A stretch of DNA of 64,000 bases from Candidatus Omnitrophota bacterium (GCA_028707125.1 JAQTUX010000001.1:1130438-1194437); one strand, 5' to 3'. Shown: positions 7,035 to 17,343, counted from the stretch's first letter. The notes: a model not told the origin generated them from the letters alone. Translations and numbers: made by a program.

Positions 7035-10000
7035 CTATTGAAAATAACGTACTTGACTATTAGGCCCTATGCCATACCAATCAGGATAACCGGATTTATC
7101 TAAAACTGCACTATTAAATGTAGAACAAACATACTGACCAGGCAACATGCCATAAGTAATCTTTTCTTTAGCTAAAGACTTGGCGGCATCAATAACATAC
7201 TGATTGCGACGGAAGCGATTAGAAACATATGCCTGGCGTTTTGAATAGCCTTTTTCAATATTAACTATACCGGTTCCAGTTTCCCAAGTTGAATGCGCCA
7301 TTTCTGTTTTATTTAACATAATCCCTGTATGAGAAAAAATCCCCCCTTCAAATAAAGCTATGCCCCATCCAATAGCGCTATCTGGTTTAAAAAATACGAC
7401 ATCTCCTCCTTCAAGATTTTGTTCTCCTAAGCTTTGCGTAGGTGTAGCAAGTATCCCTCCCACAGTCTGCCCCAAAGAATGTAAACCGCCTTCCCGTGCT
7501 CCCTCGCCAAAATCTCCACCCAGAATCTCAGCAGACACTCCACCGGCAACGATTTCCGCTCCCAGTGGCCAAACACTACCTCCAATATAACCAATTGTCC
7601 CGCCAGCAAATCCTGCTAAAGCGCCTAGGCCAACATCACCTCCCAGCATTGCTGAAGCAGCTGCTCCGGCGCCAGCGCCGCCTAAAGCAGAAGCTGCTAA
7701 TCCAGACCAAAACCCACCTCCCCAGACCGCGCCAACTCCCGCACCTATCCCAAAACCTACTAAACTACTGGCAAACCCTATGCCAAAATTCTGAGCAAAA
7801 TTGCCACGTTGGCTACTGGCAGCAATTAGGCTATATGTTGCCATCCCTAAAAAAGGATTACCAGTAGCGATACCAACAACAGTACCTACAATAGCAGCGA
7901 CAAATCCACTGATCTTTTGCCAAAACTTCTTGAACCATCCGTATCCGCTGGGATCCACATAGTTAATGGGATTATTACGGCAATAAGCGTAACGATTCAG
8001 ATCCTGCGGATCATACGGATGCTGTATTGTCGGATCAGGCGTAATAAATCTGCCAATATACGGGTCGTAATACCTCGCCCCATAATAATACAGACCGAAT
8101 GAATCAAGTTCTTTGCCGGTGAAGTGGTAGTTGGTGGCGGACTCAACGCTCGTTTGTTTGGCGAACGATCCGTATGGCGTATATTCGTTACGCTCTATTG
8201 TCTCTCCGGACTGGTTGGTAATCACATTGCTTGAACCGAGGTGGTCTGAATGGTAATAAATCCTCTGTCCATTTGTGATGGTGCAAATCCTGTTTGAGCC
8301 GAGGAAGACGTGGAATTTAACTGCTCTCTCGCCTCCTGTTGTCTCTTCAATCTCATAGGCAGAGCTAAAATAAGTCGTGGTTGAGCCCGCGCTGATCTTC
8401 TTTATGCGCTCGGTAGATACGCCATATACGAAGTTAGTGCGGCTGCCTTGCGCATCTGTAATTTCTGTAAGCCGGTTATCGTAATCATATTCCATATTAC
8501 GGCCTGCGCCGGAGGTCATATTGCCGTTCAAATCGTAAATATAAGAGTATTGCCCTGCTGATGTTACCGCGTGCGGAAGGTTACCGTCGTAGCGCAGCGC
8601 GCCGACATCGGACTTGTAGGTCATATTACCGATTGAATCATACCTGTATTCCAAGCTTCGGAATGTCCCCGGGAACTGCGGGTCAGGTATATTCTCCGCT
8701 GCCACCAGCCGGTCTAAATCATCGTAGCGGTAGGCGCGGGTTTTATGGTCCGGCAGCATTTCATCGCTAATAGAGGCAACGTTTCCGTTATTATCAAAAT
8801 CATAAGTGAGTTTTTGGATAAGACGGTCAGGGCTGTAGGTATTGATCTCCTTGAGGCGCAGGTCATCTCCGTAAGCATATCTGGTATGGACTCTGTTCCC
8901 AAAATCCACATCATGCATTTTACCCTGGGCATCATAGGTAATGTCGTAGGCGTAAGCGCGCTCCCTGCCCCTTACCATCTCCAGCAGGCCGGAATTACTA
9001 TCGTAAGTATAACTAAGGGTTTCAGTATCGTCAGGATACTGAACCTCAGTAACCCTGCCCAGGATATCGTAAGCGGTCTTGGTTACATAAGTATGCCCGT
9101 CGATAATCTTTCTCGCTTCCTCCGTCCTGCCTTCATTATCATAAAAATATATTGTCTGGTATTCGTTGACATCGGTTACCTTGGTGATCCGGCCGATGCA
9201 ATTTGAATCGTCTATTTGCGGGTCATCATAGGTATCGTAAAGGTATTCTGCCGCGACTTCGCCGTTGTAAATCTTTTGTCTGAGGCGGTTAAGCTCATCA
9301 TAGCGCAATTCAATGGCCTGTCCCTTATTATCGGTCTGGAAGCGCAGGTTGCCCATTTTGTCATATTCATAAGAGGTCAACCCTGTATCCGGGTCGTTCA
9401 GCGAACTCTTCCTTCCCAAGGAATCATACTTTATGTCTGTCGTATTCCCCTTATTGTCAATCACCCGCACAAGGTTATTCTGCGAGTCAAATTGATATTG
9501 GGTGCGGTAATAGCCCCTTCCTGAATCAAAATAAAGCGGCGCCTCCATATTATCGGTGTTTCTGACAAATTCCCTGATCTCCGTAGTGTTGCCGAAGACA
9601 TCCTTGACCGCGCCCTTTCTGTTGCCTCTGGCATCCTCTGTTTCGACATAAGAAACGGTTTTATAGAACGTCCTTGCTGTGGCGTCCTTGCTTGAACCCG
9701 GGAAGTCGGCAGTTACAGAGACCGCCCTTGAGCGCAAGTCATATTCGTATCTGGTATAGGAGATATTGGCCGGCTGCTCATCAAAGTAATGCGGCAGTGA
9801 CTCTGCCTGCACAAACCCGCGCCGGTTATAATAGGTCTCTGTGGCAATATCCCGCCTGTTGTCGCCGTCCTCTCCGTTTGAAACGGCTTTATATTTACGG
9901 CCCAGGCCGTCAAAGTGTTCGGTCGTGACCAGATTAAGCTGGCGGGTGATCTTTGTCTTAAAATCAGGATACTCGTAGGCAGCTACCACTTCCGCGTCTG

Positions 10001-13000
10001 TATTCAATTCTTCAACAAGCCGCCCCAGAGAATCATAATTTGTGGTAGTCGTATGGCCGTTGGCATCTGTAAGTTGATGCACAGCGCCGAATTCAGGATA
10101 ATAGGAATAAGATACTGTATGTCCGAGTTCGTTACTTATGCTCTGCGGGAAGGTGTAAAATTCGGTTTCATACGCGGTATCTACCGCCTTGAGGTTGGCG
10201 TTTATTGCGCGGATAACGTTACCGTAATCATCGTATTGATATTCTGTGGACGGGCTGTCTTGAGGGTCGGTATTCAACCAGGCGATTTCTTTCTTTAACA
10301 GGCCGTCATCATAATACTCAAAGTCCTTACGCGATACTTGGATGCCTTGCTCGTCTTTCAATACTGCATAGTGAACGTTATTAAAACCGACTTCATACGG
10401 AGCATTATATACGGTTATGCCTTCTCTTTCATCGCCCGTGGTCTGGCCTTCTATCTCACTGCCTGCCTGTCCTACCTCGCCGTAACTTATCTCCCGCGCT
10501 ACATTACCCAGTCCATCGTACTCAAATCCGCTCTTTAATGTAATAGACGTGGCCGTATCCTCATATTTTTCATAGGCAGTGGTAAGGACTTCTTTCAGGT
10601 GCGGGAAGGCAATGCCGTCTTGCGGCCCTGCCTTTGCCACTTCCCAGGTATTTATAACCTTGCTTACCAGTTTAGGCGTGATAGACCTGCCGTAGTCCTC
10701 ATAGGCGTAGATCTCCTTGATTTGGCCCTTTAAGGGAACTGTTTCTTCTATCTCACCAAGGTAGAAATACGTCTGTGTATAGTTAAGCGTAACAGGGTCT
10801 ATTGAAGTTACCTTGCCAAAACCGCGGAATTCGCGCTCAACAGCATCATAGTAACCCTGCTCAAACTTAAATTCCTGTGTATATGAATTTGACCTGTCCA
10901 CATCAAAACCAACATCCGATCTGTTAGGATAATAATCGCGCTCTATCGTATCGGTGGTAGTCACCTGACGCGTTATATATAAAGGAAACGGCAAGGCCAA
11001 TTTCTCATCCTGCCTGGTATAGTCATATTCAACGGAGACCAGGCCGCCTTTGCCGTTGTTGACCTCTACCAGAAGATCCGCGGGTCTGCCCGTGCTGGTC
11101 CTCACCGACCATCGCTGCAGGCCGGGCCTCTTTTTATCATACAGCGCGGCGTCGGCAATGCCATCACCATTAATATCAAGGGTGGTGGGCGACTGATCCT
11201 TTGAGCTGGAATAATTGATCCATACGCCGCTGTCGCCATTGAACGCGCTGCCGGTATTTATCGCCTGATGCCAATCCGAGCCGCCTTCAGGCAGATAACC
11301 CACGTCTGTTAAACCATCATTATTAAAATCGGCAACGAAGGCATCTTCCTTAACGGAAAATCCGGAAAGCCAGGTGCCCCTGTCTAAAAACTGCCTGTTA
11401 TTGGAAAGGGCCACCCTGAATTCACCGCTGGTTTTCTTAAATATACAGATGTCTGCCAGGGAATCGCCGTTAAAATCGCCTACCAAGGGTGTCCATTCCT
11501 TGCTTGAGCCAAACCCGCTGATCCACTGCGTAAATCCGGAAAACCCTGAGCCGTTGCCTAACGCAACCCTGGCCTCCCCTGATTCCCAGTTATAAACCCC
11601 AAAATCAGTAAAGGCATCTCCGTTAAAATTGCCGGTTAGAGGCGCCCAGTCATTGCCTGCTTCGCTGAATGCAGCCCATTCGCTTGCGCCTGTAAAAGAC
11701 GACTTGGTAGATGTAGCAATCTTTAATTTGCCGTCCTTATAATTATATACACCTGCATCCCCTACGCCGTCTCCGTTAAAGTCGCCGCCTATGGCAATCC
11801 AGTCCTCGCCGCCAAAGCCGGTCAGCCAGTCACTTACATACCTAACCTCGCCTGCCTCTGAAAGCCCGATTTCCCACTTTCCGTCTTCGGGATTATACAG
11901 CCCTAAATCGCTAAGCCCGTCGCCGTTAAAGTCGCCGCCTATCGGCCGAATTTTATTATCGGGCTCCACAACGTTAAAATGTATGATATCAGACAAAACA
12001 GAACGGCCGTCATCGGTCTCTATCTTAACCTGGATTGTCTCGTTATTACTTACTGCGCTGCCTGCGTTGGTAGTTACGGAGAACTCTGCACCCACAGCAG
12101 TTCCTGAAGCAATCTCTGTCCCGTTCTTCAGGATGGTATAAGTCATACTACGGCCCTCGGGGTCGTAGGCATTAATCATAATATCAAAACTCTCATTCAC
12201 CAGGAATACATAGGGGTCCCTGTTTAAACTCACGCTAACCTCAGGCAGTAGCGAGACATTCAATACCGTAATCTGCACATCCTGGGAAACATCGGCAAAG
12301 CCGTCAGAGGCAACAATCGTTACGATATAAACTCCGGCGTCATTATAGGTGGTCTGCCACCTTCCGTCTGATTCAATGGCCGCGCTCTTGCCTTGCTCAT
12401 TCTGACGAGGAACAAAAGAGTAAACAATGGTATCGCCGGTATCCAAGTCCTCAACTACAGGGCTTATAGTAAACAGCTCGCCCTCATTGGCAGTTAACTC
12501 AACGTCCTGTCCGCTGACATTGATACCGTTAATGCTTACGAAGCGCGGAATCCGGTTAACCCTCTCAACGATAATGCGGAAATACTGCTCGTGATAGACC
12601 TCTGCGGTAACGCTGTCTACCAACTGCACGCTGACCCGTTCATAAATATAATTCCCGTGCCCGGGAGGCACCCTCCAGGTATTCTCACCTATCATCTCCC
12701 AGTCAGTTAAGGGATAACTAAAATTGAACGCATAGTGGTCGCCTTCCCTGGGATTTAAAATCTGCGGGCTAATAGTTATCTCTGTGCCTGCCGAGACCCT
12801 AATTTCATCAATAGGGGCAATCAGCGGCGTAGGACTAACCTGTAAAGTTACGTCGTTGCTGTATACAATATTGCCGGCACTATCTTCCGCGATAAACCTG
12901 ACTGTTTCGCTTCCTAAAAAGTCAGCCGGCTGGCTGAAGCTCACCAGGTTTTCCTGGTTAATCGTAATAACTATCCGATTGTTCCCGCTGAAGGAATACT

Positions 13001-13403
13001 GCAGGGCATCGCCTTCCGGGTCCTGAAAGTAATCATCCAGATCAAAGGCGTTGGGATAATCTGTACCGATGTCCCATGATATAGGGGCTATCTGACGGAT
13101 AAGCACAGGCGGGCTGTTATAGATCAAAGTAGGAATAAAACCTGCGCTAAGGCGGTAGTTTAAGCTTGAAGCAGCGCCTATAAACGGCTCGCCTGCGGAA
13201 TCTAATTGTATTTTATTGTTGAGAGAGCCCTTGCCTGAACCGCCCTCATTGATCGATGAGGACTGGAGCCGGTAATTTAAGCTGGCGGCAACGTCGGCAA
13301 GCGCGTCATTAATAGGGCCGAATGCGGCTATATGCAGAAAGATGAGCGCGATCGCTATCGCGCGCCTTGTTAAACTAAATTGTTTTGACCAGAAAAACTC
13401 CAT
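7035..13403 (-). CDS. RHS-repeat polymorphic toxin (TcC-like), 2122 aa: signal peptide, Ig-like region, FG-GAP/VCBS repeats, YD/RHS repeats, RHS core, glycine-zipper segment, C-terminal toxin domain
   Basis: Repeated GDFNGDG...D.G.YN FG-GAP units and many YD repeats (YEYDGLGN, YDSLGRL, YDELNRL). The RHS core ends in GARYYDPYIGRFITPDP...NYVDPSGYGWFKK. A Gly-rich zipper region follows. The C-terminus carries GDVVFFKP...FSHTGIM...YVCSTF, which suggests a permuted papain-fold (YiiX/LRAT-like) hydrolase. Confidence 0.85.
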   Translation of the reverse strand: MEFFWSKQFSLTRRAIAIALIFLHIAAFGPINDALADVAASLNYRLQSSSINEGGSGKGSLNNKIQLDSAGEPFIGAASSLNYRLSAGFIPTLIYNSPPVLIRQIAPISWDIGTDYPNAFDLDDYFQDPEGDALQYSFSGNNRIVITINQENLVSFSQPADFLGSETVRFIAEDSAGNIVYSNDVTLQVSPTPLIAPIDEIRVSAGTEITISPQILNPREGDHYAFNFSYPLTDWEMIGENTWRVPPGHGNYIYERVSVQLVDSVTAEVYHEQYFRIIVERVNRIPRFVSINGINVSGQDVELTANEGELFTISPVVEDLDTGDTIVYSFVPRQNEQGKSAAIESDGRWQTTYNDAGVYIVTIVASDGFADVSQDVQITVLNVSLLPEVSVSLNRDPYVFLVNESFDIMINAYDPEGRSMTYTILKNGTEIASGTAVGAEFSVTTNAGSAVSNNETIQVKIETDDGRSVLSDIIHFNVVEPDNKIRPIGGDFNGDGLSDLGLYNPEDGKWEIGLSEAGEVRYVSDWLTGFGGEDWIAIGGDFNGDGVGDAGVYNYKDGKLKIATSTKSSFTGASEWAAFSEAGNDWAPLTGNFNGDAFTDFGVYNWESGEARVALGNGSGFSGFTQWISGFGSSKEWTPLVGDFNGDSLADICIFKKTSGEFRVALSNNRQFLDRGTWLSGFSVKEDAFVADFNNDGLTDVGYLPEGGSDWHQAINTGSAFNGDSGVWINYSSSKDQSPTTLDINGDGIADAALYDKKRPGLQRWSVRTSTGRPADLLVEVNNGKGGLVSVEYDYTRQDEKLALPFPLYITRQVTTTDTIERDYYPNRSDVGFDVDRSNSYTQEFKFEQGYYDAVEREFRGFGKVTSIDPVTLNYTQTYFYLGEIEETVPLKGQIKEIYAYEDYGRSITPKLVSKVINTWEVAKAGPQDGIAFPHLKEVLTTAYEKYEDTATSITLKSGFEYDGLGNVAREISYGEVGQAGSEIEGQTTGDEREGITVYNAPYEVGFNNVHYAVLKDEQGIQVSRKDFEYYDDGLLKKEIAWLNTDPQDSPSTEYQYDDYGNVIRAINANLKAVDTAYETEFYTFPQSISNELGHTVSYSYYPEFGAVHQLTDANGHTTTTNYDSLGRLVEELNTDAEVVAAYEYPDFKTKITRQLNLVTTEHFDGLGRKYKAVSNGEDGDNRRDIATETYYNRRGFVQAESLPHYFDEQPANISYTRYEYDLRSRAVSVTADFPGSSKDATARTFYKTVSYVETEDARGNRKGAVKDVFGNTTEIREFVRNTDNMEAPLYFDSGRGYYRTQYQFDSQNNLVRVIDNKGNTTDIKYDSLGRKSSLNDPDTGLTSYEYDKMGNLRFQTDNKGQAIELRYDELNRLRQKIYNGEVAAEYLYDTYDDPQIDDSNCIGRITKVTDVNEYQTIYFYDNEGRTEEARKIIDGHTYVTKTAYDILGRVTEVQYPDDTETLSYTYDSNSGLLEMVRGRERAYAYDITYDAQGKMHDVDFGNRVHTRYAYGDDLRLKEINTYSPDRLIQKLTYDFDNNGNVASISDEMLPDHKTRAYRYDDLDRLVAAENIPDPQFPGTFRSLEYRYDSIGNMTYKSDVGALRYDGNLPHAVTSAGQYSYIYDLNGNMTSGAGRNMEYDYDNRLTEITDAQGSRTNFVYGVSTERIKKISAGSTTTYFSSAYEIEETTGGERAVKFHVFLGSNRICTITNGQRIYYHSDHLGSSNVITNQSGETIERNEYTPYGSFAKQTSVESATNYHFTGKELDSFGLYYYGARYYDPYIGRFITPDPTIQHPYDPQDLNRYAYCRNNPINYVDPSGYGWFKKFWQKISGFVAAIVGTVVGIATGNPFLGMATYSLIAASSQRGNFAQNFGIGFASSLVGFGIGAGVGAVWGGGFWSGLAASALGGAGAGAAASAMLGGDVGLGALAGFAGGTIGYIGGSVWPLGAEIVAGGVSAEILGGDFGEGAREGGLHSLGQTVGGILATPTQSLGEQNLEGGDVVFFKPDSAIGWGIALFEGGIFSHTGIMLNKTEMAHSTWETGTGIVNIEKGYSKRQAYVSNRFRRNQYVIDAAKSLAKEKITYGMLPGQYVCSTFNSAVLDKSGYPDWYGIGPNSQVRYFQ

Positions 13404-13405
13404 AT

Positions 13406-16400
13406 TTAATTCTCTGTTGCCCTCTGGTAATTAAATGTAAGCGCCGGAAAACTCTTGCCGTCGCTGCCGTATTGAGTAACGCTCTTAAGCAATGAGCGGG
13501 ATGTGTCGTCGCTTAAGACATATTCCAACTCATACCTCCAGATTAACCTTGCGTCCAGCAGGACGCGGATGCGCTTAAGCCGCTTATTTATACTGATCTC
13601 CTCCCCGCTGATAAAGCTGGAGGTTACATCAGGCCTGTCTTCGGTCTCAAACTCCACCCTGTGCTTGGGCGCAAAGCCGGCCACGTCGTTACCGGTATAT
13701 TCAACGCTATTGAGATACGCCTTACCTTTATCCTTTATATAATTAAATCTCACATAATTTGCCTTGGTATCCTTGACCTTGGTTACATACCAGGTAAACG
13801 TCCCTCCCGAGCCGTTCTCTTTTGATTCAGGAGTCGCGCCGAATTCCATAACCGTGCCGTTCTTCTCTACGCTGCGCCAGGTATCCGCCTCCTTGTAGAA
13901 CCTGGTAAAGGTTGACTCTATCTTTGCCTGCCAGACGTTATCGGTCAGATGCACCAGCTGCGTTGAGGAGCTCTGGGTGCGGAATACAAAGGTGTCGCTG
14001 TCGTCGTAACGAGCAGGGCCTTTTCGTGTATCCCTGACAATGTATCCCGGCTCAAGCGACCAACCCATGCCTGCCCAGGAATTGGAGCCGGTTGTGCGGT
14101 ATTGCAGAGTTAAATTCGGCTGCATTCCTTTTCTTCCCGGAGGCACGGTTATAGGTACGGAATGACTGAAAGAGCCGGTAAGCATATCAGGCAGAGGGAT
14201 CATTGTGCTTGCGCCGACAGGCGTGCTGGGAGGAGTAAGATTTCCTATGATCGCGTAAGTTGAGAAATGGCCTAACTGGAAAGACGCCTTACCGTAAGAG
14301 TCAACAACCAGGTTTTGCACGGTCTCCATTACCCTGCTTGACTCATTGTAATAGCGAAGTTCTAACGGTGTGCCCGGCACTTCGTGCTGAACAACTGTTA
14401 CCGTCAGCGGTTGACTAAACTGCAGCCCATCAGGCAGGAATTTTATAGCTGTCTTTACGGCATATCCGGGCACCTTATCTTCAAATGCCGCCTTATCCAG
14501 CAACTGCACCCTCATCTGAGCCCTTTGCTCAGCGCCTAATCGCTCATATGTATCCTGCGGAATATCTATAACTACCTTGCCGTCAAAAAGCTCTACCCTT
14601 CTTCCCTCCACCGTCTCCACAGGCTCATCAGGAGGGGGCGACCTGAACAGCTTTATGCCCGAAATCGTATGGTGGGCTTCGGCATTGCCCGCCTTATCCA
14701 CTGACCAATATTCCAAAATATTATTATCTGATTCGCGGGTGATCTGCGGCTGTCCGTTGGCTGCCACACTAAGAGGGGTGCCTGGATCCACGTTATTTAT
14801 GATATAGTAGGTATCCCTGACACCGGAGGTGGCGTCTTGCGTGCTAAGAGGTATAGCAAGGGAAACCCCGTAGTAGGCGCGGGAAGCATCAAAATCTGTG
14901 CTTGTAACCGGGGCGGCGGTATCCAGGATTATATTCTTAGATACAGCATCAGACCAGGCATCTGACTGTCCGGCCCTATTATCGCTTACCCTCACATATA
15001 CCGTCTTCACGCCATCGCCGGAAGCCAAGGCCCAGTTCTTTGTCCGCGCAAATGATTCAGGAACAGACCATGAGTCACCATCATTAGAAAATTGTATCTG
15101 ATCAAGCCCTGTTTGATCATCCCTTGCCTCTATGTTAAGCGTGACTTGTATGCTATTGGTATATTGGGCATCGCTGTTGATACTGAAACCTGTAATTACA
15201 GGGACTATTCTGTCAAGAATAGCAAAATACCACTGTATTTTAGATATATTACCGGCGAAGTCGCTGATGGCCAGATCTATACTGTAAAATATAGAAAATC
15301 TCAATGGCTCCGCGGGGGCGTAAGAGATGATGTCGCCTTCCACTGCGGGCACAACTACTTCTGTTGACGGTTCGACCCTGTCTAACGGCCCAACAACGCT
15401 GAGCGTCATCTCTATGCCGCCGTAATTTACCCCTGAAAGGCCGTCGCCGCACCTCGCGCTAACCGTGGGGGTCTCTTCCAGGAAAGTAACAAGCCAATCC
15501 AGAAGGTTTGTTATCTGAGGCGCTGTCTTATCCAGCTTTATGCCCTCTATTATATGATGGGCTTCTTCATTACCCGCGTTATCCACCGACCAGTACTCCA
15601 ACCTGTTATTAGCGCCTTCTGCGGTAATTACCGGCTGTCCGTCTACCCCTACGGATCTCTGAGGCCCATTGTTGACTTTATAATAAGTATCTGACACTCC
15701 TGATGTTGGGTCTGCCGCGGTCAAATCTACGGCTATATCTGCATTATGCCATGGCTGGCTGTCAAAACTTGTGTTTGTTATCGGAGGGGTCGTATCAAAT
15801 ATGATCGTCTGGGTCAGCATCTCTGACCAGTTACCCGCCTTGTCGCTTACCTTAATAGATACGTTCTTCTGGCCGTCTCCGGGATGCAGGCCCCATCGCC
15901 AACTCTCTTTAAAGTCGTAATCCGGGCTCCAAGACCTGCCCATATGATTTGAAATCCGCATTTGAGCCAGGGCGCCGCTATCATCATTCGCCGCGATGCT
16001 AAGGGTCACCAATCTGTCATTGGTATACTCAGCGCCGTTGTTTATGAGCAGCGACGTAACTACGGGGGGCGCAGTATCAGGTGGCTCATTGGTGCGGAAT
16101 GTAAGGTCGCCTGACTCCTCGGTATTACCGGCCAGATCAGTTACTACTATCTTAAAATGATAAAGGGTGCCTGGCGTTAAGCCCTCCAGGAGCGCTGAAT
16201 TGCTGCGGGTGAACGGCCGTCCGTTTGCGGTCTTTCCGTAATCCTGAGTCAATCCGTAATGGACAACTCCACCGGCCGCCTCGGAAGTCGCCCAGTTGAT
16301 CTCTATATGCGTCTCTCCCTGGTTTGCGAAATAAATCTGCCGTATGTCCGGAGCGGTCTTATCGATCACTACGCCGTCTGAAGGAAGCGACCACCGCGAG

Positions 16401-16792
16401 CTATAGCTCAATGCCATGATGCTTGATACTATTCTTACGCGGTATCGGTATGAGGACTTTGCTGTCTTGGGCGAGGCGGAATTATAAAATGTATCGTGCG
16501 TGTAAGTAAGCGTGCGCCAGACGGCGCCATCTATTGATTCCTGTAATTGATAAAGCGGGTTGCGTGCGGGTATTTCTGTTTCAGGCCTCATCCAGTAAAC
16601 AACATATGTACCTGAACTGGAATCTATATCAAAGCCGCCTTGCTGCCGCGCCTCCTGAGGCGCGGCAGGGACATAATCTCCGATCGCGTCTTCAATGTCG
16701 TCAGCGAAAGCGCTTACACAAGAAGTAAAAAATAAAAGGAAAACAGCTAATAATGCTGTCTTCCTTTGAGTGTCTCTAACCTTAAAAGGCAT
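13406..16792 (-). CDS. TcB-like protein, 1128 aa: signal peptide, fibronectin-III-like domains, C-terminal SpvB (Salmonella virulence plasmid 65 kDa B protein) domain
   Basis: N-terminal signal MPFKVRDTQRKTALLAVFLLFFTSCVSAFA. Repeated FN3-like blocks (TAPDI...HYGLTQDYG...LTPGTLYHFKIV; ILDTAAP...YWSVDKAGNAEAHH). The C-terminal region IPLPDMLTGSFSHSVPITVPPGRKGMQPNLTLQY...GMGWSL...VEYTGN matches the SpvB/TcB N-domain. Its stop lies 2 nt before the RHS gene start. Confidence 0.75.
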   Translation of the reverse strand: MPFKVRDTQRKTALLAVFLLFFTSCVSAFADDIEDAIGDYVPAAPQEARQQGGFDIDSSSGTYVVYWMRPETEIPARNPLYQLQESIDGAVWRTLTYTHDTFYNSASPKTAKSSYRYRVRIVSSIMALSYSSRWSLPSDGVVIDKTAPDIRQIYFANQGETHIEINWATSEAAGGVVHYGLTQDYGKTANGRPFTRSNSALLEGLTPGTLYHFKIVVTDLAGNTEESGDLTFRTNEPPDTAPPVVTSLLINNGAEYTNDRLVTLSIAANDDSGALAQMRISNHMGRSWSPDYDFKESWRWGLHPGDGQKNVSIKVSDKAGNWSEMLTQTIIFDTTPPITNTSFDSQPWHNADIAVDLTAADPTSGVSDTYYKVNNGPQRSVGVDGQPVITAEGANNRLEYWSVDNAGNEEAHHIIEGIKLDKTAPQITNLLDWLVTFLEETPTVSARCGDGLSGVNYGGIEMTLSVVGPLDRVEPSTEVVVPAVEGDIISYAPAEPLRFSIFYSIDLAISDFAGNISKIQWYFAILDRIVPVITGFSINSDAQYTNSIQVTLNIEARDDQTGLDQIQFSNDGDSWSVPESFARTKNWALASGDGVKTVYVRVSDNRAGQSDAWSDAVSKNIILDTAAPVTSTDFDASRAYYGVSLAIPLSTQDATSGVRDTYYIINNVDPGTPLSVAANGQPQITRESDNNILEYWSVDKAGNAEAHHTISGIKLFRSPPPDEPVETVEGRRVELFDGKVVIDIPQDTYERLGAEQRAQMRVQLLDKAAFEDKVPGYAVKTAIKFLPDGLQFSQPLTVTVVQHEVPGTPLELRYYNESSRVMETVQNLVVDSYGKASFQLGHFSTYAIIGNLTPPSTPVGASTMIPLPDMLTGSFSHSVPITVPPGRKGMQPNLTLQYRTTGSNSWAGMGWSLEPGYIVRDTRKGPARYDDSDTFVFRTQSSSTQLVHLTDNVWQAKIESTFTRFYKEADTWRSVEKNGTVMEFGATPESKENGSGGTFTWYVTKVKDTKANYVRFNYIKDKGKAYLNSVEYTGNDVAGFAPKHRVEFETEDRPDVTSSFISGEEISINKRLKRIRVLLDARLIWRYELEYVLSDDTSRSLLKSVTQYGSDGKSFPALTFNYQRATEN

Positions 16793-16849
16793 AGGGTACC
16801 TTTCGTTCTCTGACCCTTAACGCTAGTATACCTTAAGAATCGTGTTTTG

Positions 16850-17343
16850 TCAATGGTTGAACGTATTCCAGGTCATTATTCCCACCGAGCAAAGGGCTGA
16901 AACGATCACCGAAGCCAGCAGCACGCCGCCGATAATGGCGGGGAATGCGTATCTGAAGCGGATTTTGAATAATGAAGCGGCGATCGCGCCTGTCCAGGCG
17001 CCGGTCATAGGCAAAGGTATGCCGACAAAGATCATAAGGCCAAGCGCCTCATAACGCTGAATAATATCGCCCTTTCTCTTTGCCCTTTCAAAAAGCCAGT
17101 CAAAAAACCGGTTGAAACCCGGCAGGTGCCTGAGCCGCTCTGACACCGGCTTAAGGAACACCAGCAGCGGCACAACCGGGATCAAGTTGCCTATGATGGA
17201 AAGGAAAATTACCCTGCCTAATGGCAGGCCTAAATAAAGGCCCCAGGGAATTGAACCCCTCAGTTCTAATATCGGTAAAGACGCGGCGGCTATAACAGAG
17301 GATTCCTTCGGCAGCCCCTGAAGCCAATGTATCAGGCTATTCA
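16850..17343 (-). CDS. Small multidrug export protein family (COG2426-like) membrane protein
   Basis: LPILELRGSIPWGL...GNLIPVVPLLVFLKP...GAWTGAIAASL pattern. The start is placed at the GTG near 17343 to avoid an 86-nt overlap with pcm. Start uncertain. Confidence 0.5.

Noticed and set aside
8745-10298. Several 100-150-aa plus-strand ORFs inside the RHS gene
   Set aside because: They are in GC-rich, stop-poor antisense frames of the YD-repeat coding region. Their products are hydrophobic, Ile/Val-rich nonsense with no motifs.
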